From Candidatus Brennerbacteria bacterium (GTDB taxonomy: Bacteria; Patescibacteriota; Minisyncoccia; UBA6257; GWB1-50-10), in contig JAZDNP010000005.1 of assembly GCA_043799565.1 (NCBI GenBank), positions 1 through 55,494 of the forward strand: 55,494 bases of DNA. Reading direction: 5' to 3'. A program made the position numbers and the translations under genes. The first letter of the stretch is position 1, and each line of letters opens with the position of its first letter. The notes under the pieces are model-generated. The model was not told the origin of the DNA. It saw only the letters and a list, made by a program, of their open reading frames with translations, and searched no databases. Positions 20,437-29,505 of this stretch are shown here, one piece after another.

Positions 20437-21240
20437 CTAATCGAGTGGGTGCGGAGGCGCGAGCTGTGTTCCTTCCACGTTCATACGCCGGACCACCTCC
20501 GCATCTTCTTCGTTCCTACAGAATATCGCATTGGAAGGATTTGTGCACGCAAGCACGTATCCTTCACGCGCGAGGTATGCGAGCACGGGTTCTTTCCGTA
20601 TGGAAATCTCCGCAATAACCACGCGGGGAACGTACCGTTTGAAATCAAATCCTAGGAACACGTCTTTTTCGGTCCCCTCGGTATCCACCGAAAGGACGTC
20701 TATCGGGGTCGGAGCGTGGTGTTTCTGAAGGAGCGTATTCAGGGTGACGAGCGGCACCTGAATGGTTTTGAATCCTCCGAAGAATTTCCCGTAGTGCGAT
20801 TTGAAAAATCCTTCCAAGTTCTTGTCTAGCGTGGACATGGACCCGCGGAAGTTTGTATAGAAATCCACCGAGCCCCTATCTTCCTTTCCCGCCGCCGCGC
20901 GGATTGTTATGGAGCGCGGACGGTTTTTTTCCAGGAGCTCGAAATAGTCCGGGTGGGGCTCCATACATATCCCCTCCCAACCCATAAGTTCAAGAAGATA
21001 GGTATTGCTGAAACGAATCCCTTCCATGGCGCCGATTTCCACGAAATAACCCCGCCCCTTTGCAAAGAGCGGAAGGATCTTCAGGTCTTCTCCGTATTGG
21101 CCGTAGAACTTGCGCGTCGAAAGCCACGTAGGAGGATAGGAATAGGTGGCATCAAGATTCGCGGCCGGAGCGTTTCCGACCGCTTTCTTCACCGCATTTT
21201 TTACCGCGCGTGGTATGAATTTTCCGATGAGCTCCCTCAT
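20437..21240 (-). CDS. FkbM family methyltransferase
   Basis: YGQYGED, FVEIGA.EG...SNT, GWEGICMEP and LSVDTEG.E. Confidence 0.9.
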   Translation of the reverse strand: MRELIGKFIPRAVKNAVKKAVGNAPAANLDATYSYPPTWLSTRKFYGQYGEDLKILPLFAKGRGYFVEIGAMEGIRFSNTYLLELMGWEGICMEPHPDYFELLEKNRPRSITIRAAAGKEDRGSVDFYTNFRGSMSTLDKNLEGFFKSHYGKFFGGFKTIQVPLVTLNTLLQKHHAPTPIDVLSVDTEGTEKDVFLGFDFKRYVPRVVIAEISIRKEPVLAYLAREGYVLACTNPSNAIFCRNEEDAEVVRRMNVEGTQLAPPHPLD

Positions 21241-21623
21241 TCGAGCACAATCTTATCTTCCACAAACGGTCCGTTCTTGAACTCCATCATCTCCGCATCC
21301 TCAACGACCTCGATACCAATGCCTCCATCCACAATGAGCACTCCTTGCCCTCCCGAAAGTTTCACCTTTTCAAGTGGAGCACCGGCACGGTTGTATACCG
21401 TCACCTCAACCAGACCGGAAAACACCATCAGCGCCTCCACGAGCGTTTGGGTGGTCCGCTCGGTAGGCCTGTGCGCGTGCGCGACCAATTTCTTTCCCTT
21501 CGGGTGCTTGAGCGCGATGATCTGAAGTGCGAGCGGTCCTTCGGTGAGCGGCCTGGTGCCTTCTTCAAAGGTGCCGTCCAGCACTACCGCCACCACCGCT
21601 CCGTGTTCCTTTATTTCTCTCAT
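21237..21623 (-). CDS. Cupin-fold protein (WbuC-like, sugar isomerase-type)
   Basis: HAH...R....E.L.V..G and EFKNGPF. It overlaps both neighbours by 4 bp. Confidence 0.65.
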   Translation of the reverse strand: MREIKEHGAVVAVVLDGTFEEGTRPLTEGPLALQIIALKHPKGKKLVAHAHRPTERTTQTLVEALMVFSGLVEVTVYNRAGAPLEKVKLSGGQGVLIVDGGIGIEVVEDAEMMEFKNGPFVEDKIVLE

Positions 21624-22603
21624 ATGGGGATATACAGGTCCTTCTTGTTCTCAATGTCGGATTTCAACATTTCCCGAAGTACGCCTTTCCAGTCGTATTC
21701 TGGTTTCCACCCGAGCGCACGAATCTTACTCGCGTCTCCTTGAAGATACGGCACCTCGTTGGGGCGAAGGTACTTTTGGTCAAGCGTTACATATTCCTTC
21801 CAATCCAGCCCCACCTCGTTGAAACAAAATTCCAGCGCCTCCTTGATGCTGTGGGAATCGCCGGTCGCGACCACATAATCGCCCGCCTTTTCCTGCTGCA
21901 TGATGAGATGAATGGCGCGCATATAGTCCTTGGAGTGTCCCCAGTCGCGTACCGACTCAAGATTTCCCATGGGAAGCTTCTTAATGTCACCACGGAGAAT
22001 CGCGGCGATGCTCCTCGTGATCTTTCTCGTCACGAACGTCTCGCCGCGCCGCGGACTCTCGTGATTGAAAAGAATGCCGTTTGCCGCAAAGAGTCCGTAC
22101 CCTTCGCGGTAGACGCGGGTCATGTGGAACGCCGCGACTTTAGAAACGCCGTAAGGGCTTTGCGGCCGGAACTCCGAGTCCTCGTTAAAAGGCGGCTTGC
22201 TCCGTGTCGCACCGAACATTTCAGAGCTTGAGGCCTGGTAATACTTCGTATGCGCCGCGTGCTTCCGCAGATATTCAAGAATGTTTACCGCGCCCCCCGC
22301 ATTCGTCATGAGTGTGTACTGTGGCACATCGAACGAGACCCGCACCTGGCTCATCGCCCCGAGGTTGTAGATCTCGTCGGGCTTCAATTCTTGTATAAGG
22401 TTGTGGATGGATACCGCGTCGGTGAGGTCCCCGTAGCGCGTATCAAAATTCGAATTCTTATAGAGGTGGTCGATACGCCCAGTATTGAAGTGGCTGGAGC
22501 GCCGCTGGATGCCCCATACCTTGTAGCCCTTATCAAGGAGCAGCTCCGAGAGGTAGCTCCCGTCCTGACCGGTGACGCCGGTGATAAGTGCGATCTTTTG
22601 CAT
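21620..22603 (-). CDS. gmd: GDP-mannose 4,6-dehydratase
   Basis: ALITGVTGQDGSYL, YQASSSEMFG, SPYGVSK and LFNHESPRRGETFVTRKI. Likely start is the ATG at 22603. Confidence 0.96.
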   Translation of the reverse strand: MQKIALITGVTGQDGSYLSELLLDKGYKVWGIQRRSSHFNTGRIDHLYKNSNFDTRYGDLTDAVSIHNLIQELKPDEIYNLGAMSQVRVSFDVPQYTLMTNAGGAVNILEYLRKHAAHTKYYQASSSEMFGATRSKPPFNEDSEFRPQSPYGVSKVAAFHMTRVYREGYGLFAANGILFNHESPRRGETFVTRKITRSIAAILRGDIKKLPMGNLESVRDWGHSKDYMRAIHLIMQQEKAGDYVVATGDSHSIKEALEFCFNEVGLDWKEYVTLDQKYLRPNEVPYLQGDASKIRALGWKPEYDWKGVLREMLKSDIENKKDLYIPI

Positions 22604-22636
22604 AGGAAAAATATACCACCAAACATTGCAAATAGA

Positions 22637-22660
22637 AAAGGCCCCGCATTCGAGGCCTTT
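22637..22660 (-). terminator. Intrinsic terminator-like hairpin after the 22689-23114 gene
   Basis: AAAGGCC/GGCCTTT stem followed on the minus strand by TTTTCTATTT. Confidence 0.5.
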
Positions 22661-22688
22661 GGTGAAACATGAACTCGGAACAAGAGCT

Positions 22689-23114
22689 TCAAAACAGCTT
22701 GTCGGAGACGGTGTCCGCGTCGTCGTACGACTTATTGGAGAACACCCAGAGTTCCGCGCCACGGATAAGGCCGATGAAGCTGTGTGTGCATGGCGGAATC
22801 ACGAGGCAAGTGTCTCCTGCGGAGAGAGCGCATCTCTTCACCTCCCCGCCAACTTCTTCACGGTAGCGGAACTTGAAGAGTGGCGTCCCTTTGGGGCCGA
22901 CGGCAACGAAGAGTTCCTGCCGCCGCGAAGCTACGGAATGGTAATGGTTTTCCACCACCAACCCTCCCGTGATCGCCTCTTCCGAGAGTCGCACCGTCTT
23001 CACTTGGACGACGGGGAACGGAAAGACAAATCCTTCCGGGAATATGATGTCGACGATGGAACGCCGCGGATCCGTATGGCCGCCCACGGAAATATTTGAG
23101 AACGACATATCCAT
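22689..23114 (-). CDS. Cupin-like protein (WxcM/FdtA-like sugar isomerase fold)
   Basis: DPR, ENHYH...ELF and LVIPP..HSF. Strong SD AGAAGGAGGT upstream. Confidence 0.55.
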   Translation of the reverse strand: MDMSFSNISVGGHTDPRRSIVDIIFPEGFVFPFPVVQVKTVRLSEEAITGGLVVENHYHSVASRRQELFVAVGPKGTPLFKFRYREEVGGEVKRCALSAGDTCLVIPPCTHSFIGLIRGAELWVFSNKSYDDADTVSDKLF

Positions 23115-23221
23115 CGTAGAACCTCCTTCTAGATGCGGTGGATGTTTAGCCTACTGCTAACGAACGTATGCTGCGGTCAAAATAGTATAGAATAAGGAAA
23201 TGTCAATATGGGTCAACAGTA

Positions 23222-23250
23222 TTGACATTTTACCGAAAAAGTACTATAAT
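23222..23250 (+). promoter_or_regulatory. Consensus sigma70 promoter of the HD-domain gene
   Basis: TTGACA (23222-27), 17 bp, TATAAT (23245-50). SD AAGGAGG precedes the ATG at 23304. Confidence 0.85.
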
Positions 23251-23303
23251 GCTAACTAGAACGTTCACTAAACTCTCACTGTTTTCCAAGAAGGAGGGCG
23301 CAT

Positions 23304-24125
23304 ATGAATGCGCTACAGCATCACCAGATATTCCAGATCGTTGAAAAAGTCCGCAGCGTCACGAGAAACGTACCCGAGAGTCACGGCGCTCTCCACCTTC
23401 TCACGGTGGCGGATATTGCCGAACATCTCGCAGTATGTGAAGGGGTGGATCCGTTTCGCGCGGCGGTGGCTGGAGCTCTCCACGACCTCAGATTTTGGGA
23501 CGAGGAGGAGCGGAAGATCCGAAAGATCGTCGTATCCCCCGAGCGCCGAAGTACGGAATCACCGGAGAGTATTCTCCGGAGCATCTCCGGATTCAGCGAG
23601 GTGGAAACGGCGGCAATACTCCGCGCAATTGAATGCCACAACACCGCTCCCACACCGAACGAATCCGCGCTCCACACTGTCCTCCGAGACGCGGACCGGT
23701 GCGCACGTCAGGGATATGAGGGGCTTCTCTCTATCCTTGTGGCAAACCGGTTCTACGGCGTCCCGTTCTATCAGAAGGGAGCTGAAATCCTTTGGGACCT
23801 CGAGCGTCCTCTCGTGAAGAACGAGGACATCAAATCCGCGATGGACGATATCCACGCCTGCAACTGGTGGCCCATCATGGAAACGTCGTCGGGGAAGGAG
23901 CTTTTTCGCGTCATGTGCGGGGTGAATTTCCGATTCCTGGAACTCTTCGCGCAAAGCGTGGAGGACGGGACCTTCTCCCGCCTTACCAATCCGTATTCAT
24001 ACTGGATTCGTAGGTTGCGAGGGGTCCTCGAGGATCAGGAAGGCGAAAGAGCGTTACAAGAAAATCCCGGCTCGGCTGAGTATAGAAAACTCGCGGTCAA
24101 GTTGGAAGATCCATCATTTCTCTGA
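23304..24125 (+). CDS. HD-domain phosphohydrolase
   Basis: SHG..H, ALHDL, AIECHN and LRDADR give the H...HD...H...D signature. Confidence 0.85.
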   Translation: MNALQHHQIFQIVEKVRSVTRNVPESHGALHLLTVADIAEHLAVCEGVDPFRAAVAGALHDLRFWDEEERKIRKIVVSPERRSTESPESILRSISGFSEVETAAILRAIECHNTAPTPNESALHTVLRDADRCARQGYEGLLSILVANRFYGVPFYQKGAEILWDLERPLVKNEDIKSAMDDIHACNWWPIMETSSGKELFRVMCGVNFRFLELFAQSVEDGTFSRLTNPYSYWIRRLRGVLEDQEGERALQENPGSAEYRKLAVKLEDPSFL

Positions 24126-24142
24126 AAAGAGAAGAAAGACAA

Positions 24143-24173
24143 AGCCCTTCGTTCGAAATCCGAACGAAGGGCT
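24143..24173. terminator. Bidirectional terminator hairpin between convergent genes
   Basis: Perfect 13-bp stem AGCCCTTCGTTCG/CGAACGAAGGGCT. Confidence 0.8.
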
Positions 24174-24184
24174 CATTGTTTTTC

Positions 24185-24538
24185 CTACTGCGCCATGTCG
24201 GTCGCGACCCCGAAATAGAAGATGCGGTGGGGCCCCTCGGTCACTTCCTGATTGTGAAGCGTGTCGGGAGGAATGGCGAGAAAATCGCCGGGTTCAACCT
24301 CCACCCGTTCGTCACCGACGGAGTAGACCGCCTTCCCCTCAAGCACGAGGTAGCACTCCCACATGGTGGGGTGCCGATGCATCTCCACCTCTGCCTTGCC
24401 GAGCGGCAGTGTTGCTTCGGCAACTTGCGTGAGGTTGGCAATCTGCCCTCCCCGCACACACACCGACTTCATGATATGGGAACCATGCCGCGTGGGCTCA
24501 ACCACCCGGTCGTTTGCTTTCACGTGTATCACCTTCAT
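24185..24538 (-). CDS. Cupin_2 domain protein
   Basis: MHRH...WECYLVLEG and GD...IPP...H. SD AAGGAGG. Confidence 0.85.
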   Translation of the reverse strand: MKVIHVKANDRVVEPTRHGSHIMKSVCVRGGQIANLTQVAEATLPLGKAEVEMHRHPTMWECYLVLEGKAVYSVGDERVEVEPGDFLAIPPDTLHNQEVTEGPHRIFYFGVATDMAQ

Positions 24539-24601
24539 ACATGCCTCCTTGAGGTTGGATGGATAGGGCGTGAAAAACGTTACGAAAACTTACTGGCTGA
24601 A

Positions 24602-24630
24602 TTTATAGCACTAAATATGCAAACAGTCAA
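24602..24630 (-). promoter_or_regulatory. Sigma70-like promoter for the cupin gene
   Basis: On the minus strand: TTGACT, 17 bp ending in TGc, then TATAAA. Confidence 0.6.
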
Positions 24631-25190
24631 GAGAATATTCGGTCGTATGCGTCAAGGATGGCGGGATGAATATTCTTCGCCACCATATCTTCCCGCGTAA
24701 ACTCGGTAAGGCCGGAACCTTCCGTGTATTCCTCGGCATCAAGTGAACGCGAGATTTGGGCACGCTCTCCCTCGGAGAGCTCCACCGTGAACAGATAGGC
24801 GAGCGTGTGGGAACCCGCGTTCTGCGGCTGTTCTTCCCGATCCTTCCAGTGGTACTCGTAGATGGTAAGGAAGTGGAACCGTTCCGGAGGAAGTTCCATC
24901 TTCGTTTCGCGCGCGAAAGCCCGCCGCGCACTCGTCACCGCGTCCTCTCCGGTATAGCGCCTCCCTCCTATCCACCAGATCCCCATCATGGGCCGGTGGC
25001 GGCGTTGAGTAAGCCAGAATGTTTTCCGTGCCCGATCAACGATGACAACGTCGGCACACGCAACAATGAATGCTCGCATCGCCTCGGCGTACACTCCGGT
25101 GGAAAGATATACACGCTCCATCGTGTGAGAAGGATCTTCAACGAAGTATGCGGGTATTTGGGGATTGGTCTTTTTATCCTCGGTTTCCAT
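24627..25190 (-). CDS. NUDIX hydrolase (GDP-mannose mannosyl hydrolase-like)
   Basis: ACADVVIVD and R..RP..G.WW.GGR...GE....SARR...RET (degenerate Nudix box, as in Gmm/WcaH). Confidence 0.7.
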   Translation of the reverse strand: METEDKKTNPQIPAYFVEDPSHTMERVYLSTGVYAEAMRAFIVACADVVIVDRARKTFWLTQRRHRPMMGIWWIGGRRYTGEDAVTSARRAFARETKMELPPERFHFLTIYEYHWKDREEQPQNAGSHTLAYLFTVELSEGERAQISRSLDAEEYTEGSGLTEFTREDMVAKNIHPAILDAYDRIFS

Positions 25191-25266
25191 GCCGTATAAA
25201 AACGCCCGCTTATTCTAACCCGACCTTTATGTGCGGGGAAGTGGGTATCGCGTTAATTCCAATTGA

Positions 25267-25295
25267 TTGACAGAAATACATTAATTATGTAGAAT
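25267..25295 (+). promoter_or_regulatory. Sigma70 promoter
   Basis: TTGACA (25267-72), 17 bp, TAGAAT (25290-95). Confidence 0.75.
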
Positions 25296-25342
25296 ACTAC
25301 CAGCACAATCACGAAAACGCACAAAATAGGAAAGGCGGAAAC

Positions 25343-26038
25343 GTGAAAACTTTCCAAAACCTCTCGCTTCTGAAGTATGCGCGTATCAATGCAGAGGGAG
25401 TCGCCGCCATTCAGCGCGGTGACATCGTCCCCTTCCGCGGCTTCGGCAACTCGTTGAAGAGAAGGTTCCTCGCCGCGTTCACGTTCGCACCTTTTTCGGT
25501 GGAAGAACTTGAGCGGCGCGTACTCTCCCCCATTGCGGAGATAGCACGGGCTTCGTACGGGGAATTCTTTCTTGCGGGACGCGACTTCACTCCTCACGCC
25601 ACCATCCTGGAAGGAAAATGGGAAGGAACCGATGAGGCGGGGAGGGAAAGAGCGTTTCTAGGTGTGGTGGAGGATTCACGCATGGGAGACATGGCATGGA
25701 GGGAGGATCTTTTAATGCCCTCATGTGTCTTCTTCCGCTTTCTCCTCGTAAACGCGGGCAACATACTTCTCACGTGCGGGGAGATACCTCCTGCGGTATT
25801 CGCGGCGCGAAAAATGTTTGCCACGATCTACGCGGAATACGGACTCGCACCCTTCGCCATGGACCCCATTCTTCACATCACGCTCGGAAGGATGACGAAG
25901 CTCCCAGACCGAGAGCGGCTCGGGGAATACCTAATGCGCGTGAGGGAGCTGAGGCGTAACATCTCACGTAAACCGCTCGCGCTCGCCACGTCGCTTTTCG
26001 TCGGATCCACGCATGACTTCATACACCGCGCTCCGTAA
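25343..26038 (+). CDS. 2H phosphoesterase superfamily protein
   Basis: Two HxT motifs (PHATILE, LHITLGR) about 90 aa apart. GTG start. Confidence 0.7.
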   Translation: MKTFQNLSLLKYARINAEGVAAIQRGDIVPFRGFGNSLKRRFLAAFTFAPFSVEELERRVLSPIAEIARASYGEFFLAGRDFTPHATILEGKWEGTDEAGRERAFLGVVEDSRMGDMAWREDLLMPSCVFFRFLLVNAGNILLTCGEIPPAVFAARKMFATIYAEYGLAPFAMDPILHITLGRMTKLPDRERLGEYLMRVRELRRNISRKPLALATSLFVGSTHDFIHRAP

Positions 26039-26047
26039 GGAACGTGG

Positions 26048-26080
26048 AAACCCGTCCAATATTCATCCGGACGGGTTTTC
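26048..26080 (+). terminator. Terminator-like hairpin
   Basis: AAACCCGTCC/GGACGGGTTT stem. Confidence 0.6.
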
Positions 26081-26153
26081 ATTCCACACAAAACAATACA
26101 AGCACTGAAAGTCATAATGAACTAAAATCTAGAGGAGGGAGAATCCACTAATT

Positions 26154-27026
26154 ATGAAAGCCGAACGAATAATCATCGCCCACCGAGGACTGGACCCTTC
26201 CCGAAGGAACTACTTCGCGGAAAGCTCCCACGAAGCGTTCACGGACCAGCTTGCGCGCGGATTCGGGTTGGAATTTGACCCCCAACTCACTGCAGACGGC
26301 GGCATCGTAGTCGTCCACGATTCCAATCTTCGGAGAATGACAGGAGGGCACGATATGCGAAAGATCCAGGAAGTTTCCACCGCCGAACTTCTGTCGTTTC
26401 GCTTTTCCGATTGCCGCCTCACAACACTCACGGAACTTCTCCGTGAGATTGGGAAACAAGGGAAAATGCACCCCATCTCCGCACTTCACCTGAAGCGTGG
26501 GTGGCAGGAAGAAAAACGTCTTGATGTGCTCCTTTCGGAGCTTGAGAAAGCCGACCCGCGAAAATTCATCATTTTTGATGTGGCGGTGGCTGCCGCCGAA
26601 TATCTCAAAGAGCGGAACGGCGACCTCGTGCTGGCCCCCTCGGTCGCTCACCCCTACGACGTGGCGCGTTATAACGAGGAGGTGGGCGGCACACTGATGC
26701 AGGCGGAAGAGGTGATTGGAAATCGAAACCTCTTTGACTGGGTGTGGCTGGACGAGTGGGATCTCAAAGCTCCAGAGGGCACAAAAAAGTTTTACACGAA
26801 GGAGACATTCTCAATTTTCCGCAACGCGGGGATGAAGATCGCACTTGTGACGCCCGAACTTCATGCGACCTCCCCCGGGCTTCTCGGCGGTGAAGCACAC
26901 GAAGACGCTACAACGCGTGAGCGCCTAGAGATACGGATGCGGGAGATCGCGGCGCTCGGCCCCGACGCGGTGTGTACCGACTACCCCGACCTCATGCGCG
27001 ACATCCTTGCGCAAAGCACGGGATAG
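26154..27026 (+). CDS. Glycerophosphodiester phosphodiesterase-like protein
   Basis: IIAHRG, E.S..AF, GLEFD...T.DG.IVVVHD and AVCTDYP. Confidence 0.85.
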   Translation: MKAERIIIAHRGLDPSRRNYFAESSHEAFTDQLARGFGLEFDPQLTADGGIVVVHDSNLRRMTGGHDMRKIQEVSTAELLSFRFSDCRLTTLTELLREIGKQGKMHPISALHLKRGWQEEKRLDVLLSELEKADPRKFIIFDVAVAAAEYLKERNGDLVLAPSVAHPYDVARYNEEVGGTLMQAEEVIGNRNLFDWVWLDEWDLKAPEGTKKFYTKETFSIFRNAGMKIALVTPELHATSPGLLGGEAHEDATTRERLEIRMREIAALGPDAVCTDYPDLMRDILAQSTG

Positions 27027-27072
27027 TGAGCGGGGTTTTTCTTTTTGTCGGCGTGGTATGATGGAACACATC

Positions 27073-27687
27073 ATGATGACGAACCGAGGCGACCGGATAC
27101 GCGCGGTGATTGCCGGATTCATAAGTGGCCTTCTTTTCATCTTTCCCCTCTCAAAGTTCGGCGTGGTCCTCCAATGGTGGGGAGGGCTCCTTTTTGCTAT
27201 CGGAATGGGTGCCGGCGGCGCTTTGGGTGTTACGGTTTTCGGCGCGCTCCGCCGCCGCACGCTCTACGAGTTCGGAAAATTCGCCACCATCGGAGTTCTC
27301 AATACCTCCATCGACCTCGTAATCCTGAATATACTTATCGCGACAAGTGGTATCGCCGACGGATTGCACTATTCTGTGTGGAAAGCGCTCGCGTTCGCGA
27401 CCGCGACCGTGAACAGTTATTTCTGGAACAAATGGTGGGCATTCGACAACACCGAGCCTGTCGCGACAAAGGAATTCGGAAAATTCTTCGGCTTTTCACT
27501 TATGGGGGCATTCCTGAACGTCGGCACCGCTACGGTCATCGTAAATTTCGTCTCCCACCCCGAAGCGTTCACTCCAGCAATGTGGGGAAGCATTGCCGCG
27601 CTCATCGCGGTCGTCGCTTCAAAACTTTGGAACTTCTTTTTCTATCGGACGTTCGTATTCCGGCGTCCCGAGGGCGAGATTATCTAA
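27073..27687 (+). CDS. GtrA family membrane protein (lipid-linked sugar flippase-like)
   Basis: EFGKFATIGVLNTSIDL, NSYFWNKWWAF and WNFFFYRTFVF. Start is uncertain (27058-27076). Confidence 0.88.
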   Translation: MMTNRGDRIRAVIAGFISGLLFIFPLSKFGVVLQWWGGLLFAIGMGAGGALGVTVFGALRRRTLYEFGKFATIGVLNTSIDLVILNILIATSGIADGLHYSVWKALAFATATVNSYFWNKWWAFDNTEPVATKEFGKFFGFSLMGAFLNVGTATVIVNFVSHPEAFTPAMWGSIAALIAVVASKLWNFFFYRTFVFRRPEGEII

Positions 27688-28420
27688 GACGCTCCCGCAT
27701 TCGCACATATCGCTCCTCCCCAAGAAGGCTGATAAGCGCCAATCGAAAGGCCCCAATGAGAATCTTTTTTGTGCCGCGATAATATTCCCTTGTCAGCGTA
27801 AAATCTTCCGGCTTCTTGAAAAGTGGCTTTACACTTGGGAGCATACCGAGCTTTTCCAGATGGTGACGCGCAAGAACGTGATTGGAAAGTTCAACGGCGG
27901 GAAGGTACGAATCCAGCACATCAAAGAGCGTCGCGAATCGGTCCATGGCGCGGGAATTCGAGAAAAACCAGAGGTCTGAAACGCCCTCTCTCGAGTCACC
28001 ATCCCACCTCGGGACATAAAAATATTTTGGGTCATAGTCGCCGAACCGAACGTCACGGAAAAAGAGTAGATCGAAACGTGCCACCATGACGAAATCGTAT
28101 TTAAACCCTTCCCGCTCTTCATGCTGGCGCTTCAACTCAACCGCCTTTTTGAACGAGCTCCATCGGCTGTAGATTCCGTGCCGTTTTGTGGGAGATGCGT
28201 CGAACATCACCATTTTTTCGAACGAGGCCGCGACAGGCCGGTAGAGCGCGTGTAAATCCTTTTCCAGCTCGGGATTCCATGCGTGGATGAATACATCCAC
28301 ATTGTTTACGTTGAAAATGTGCTCTCGGAAGTGCTCATAGGCCGGTGCAAAATCGACCGGAAGCCCGGAGGTGATGTTCTTACCACCCGCAAAACCGTGC
28401 AAGCAAAACGCAATTCTCAT
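27680..28420 (-). CDS. Hypothetical glycan-locus protein (possible glycosyltransferase)
   Basis: MRIAFCLHG, VDVFIHAW, YDFVMVARFDL and DLWFFSNS. Last gene of the HAD-cupin-nucleotidyltransferase run. Confidence 0.55.
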   Translation of the reverse strand: MRIAFCLHGFAGGKNITSGLPVDFAPAYEHFREHIFNVNNVDVFIHAWNPELEKDLHALYRPVAASFEKMVMFDASPTKRHGIYSRWSSFKKAVELKRQHEEREGFKYDFVMVARFDLLFFRDVRFGDYDPKYFYVPRWDGDSREGVSDLWFFSNSRAMDRFATLFDVLDSYLPAVELSNHVLARHHLEKLGMLPSVKPLFKKPEDFTLTREYYRGTKKILIGAFRLALISLLGEERYVRMRERLR

Positions 28421-28425
28421 ACCTC

Positions 28426-29178
28426 TCAGAGCTGAACCTTACCTTCCCCTACCATCTTCAAAAACTGCTGAAGGTCTTCCGGCGTCCCGAGTCCGTGCAT
28501 CCTTTCTTTTGGAATTTCAAGGGTGTAGATATTCTTCTCTTCCAAAATGAGCTCGTTGTAGGTCGGGCACACATAGAACTCGTTATTGTGGCGGATATCC
28601 TTTGCTATCATAGATTGCCCTGCACGGACGAAATCGCTTCCTTTCCTGAAATAATAGAGGCCAACGGTCGCGTTGTCGGAGATGAGCTTTTTCTCCGCAG
28701 TTTCTATCACGCGTCCGCTTCCGTCCAATCGCGCATAGCTCCATTTGGGGTGGCTGTTTTTGAACGTCATGATGAGGCCGTCTTTGTCGCCGTCGCGCGC
28801 CGTCTTCAAGAAGTCATCTATGCCGTTCTCTATGAATTGGTCAGCGTTCGCGATGAGCAGGTCGTCGTCGTTGTTTATGTATTGGATAGCGGTGAGCGCT
28901 GCGCATACTGCTCCTGGATGGTCGCCGTCAATCAAAGCGACTTCGAATTTCTCTTTCGTGGCTCGTTTGAGGATGTTGTGGAGATCGTACTTTTCGTAGT
29001 GCTCCTTGCGACATACAAAAATGAATTGATGCTCCACCTTCGGACGAAGATTCTCAATGACCACCTCTATCATTGTTTTCCCGTTCACATCAATGAGCGG
29101 CTTGGGAAATGTATATCCCGCCTCCTGAAAGCGTGAACCGCGACCGGCCATGGGGATAAGGATATTGAGCATAGACAC
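28426..29178 (-). CDS. Sugar-phosphate nucleotidyltransferase (GT-A fold)
   Basis: LIPMAGRGSRF, PKPLI, ANADQ and GLGTPEDL. Confidence 0.9.
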   Translation of the reverse strand: MSMLNILIPMAGRGSRFQEAGYTFPKPLIDVNGKTMIEVVIENLRPKVEHQFIFVCRKEHYEKYDLHNILKRATKEKFEVALIDGDHPGAVCAALTAIQYINNDDDLLIANADQFIENGIDDFLKTARDGDKDGLIMTFKNSHPKWSYARLDGSGRVIETAEKKLISDNATVGLYYFRKGSDFVRAGQSMIAKDIRHNNEFYVCPTYNELILEEKNIYTLEIPKERMHGLGTPEDLQQFLKMVGEGKVQL

Positions 29179-29184
29179 TTTGAA

Positions 29185-29505
29185 TTATATCGGGTACTTG
29201 TCGCCCGGGACAGATGGGCTCTTTACGACGGTCGCGGAGCCGTCCTCCAAACATTGGAAGCGAACCGGTTCCCCTGGCTCAAGTACCATAATATCGCCAC
29301 TCGAGAGAATGACACCGTTCGCCATGAATTTACCGGAATGTATCACGGTAATCTCCTTCGCTATTTTATGAAGGTGGGGGTCGGGAGCGTCTCCTTTGTG
29401 ATAATAATGGACCGCGACTTCACATTCGCGGCTACGGACGATGCCCTTCTCAAAATCACCCACGAACCAACCCTTCGTAGAATCGCGAAGATTCAGGATC
29501 TTCAT
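29185..29505 (-). CDS. Small cupin protein
   Basis: GWFVGDF, HLHKIAKEIT and K.PSV.GDKY. The ATG at 29505 overlaps the HAD stop (ATGA). Confidence 0.75.
   Translation of the reverse strand: MKILNLRDSTKGWFVGDFEKGIVRSRECEVAVHYYHKGDAPDPHLHKIAKEITVIHSGKFMANGVILSSGDIMVLEPGEPVRFQCLEDGSATVVKSPSVPGDKYPI

Noticed and set aside
22604-22762. N-terminal extension of gmd in the ORF track
   Set aside because: It overlaps the upstream gene and its terminator. Gmd similarity begins at ATG 22603.
22637-27026. Integron cassette array
   Set aside because: Genes alternate in orientation and carry their own promoters. The hairpins lack attC core sites and there is no intI.
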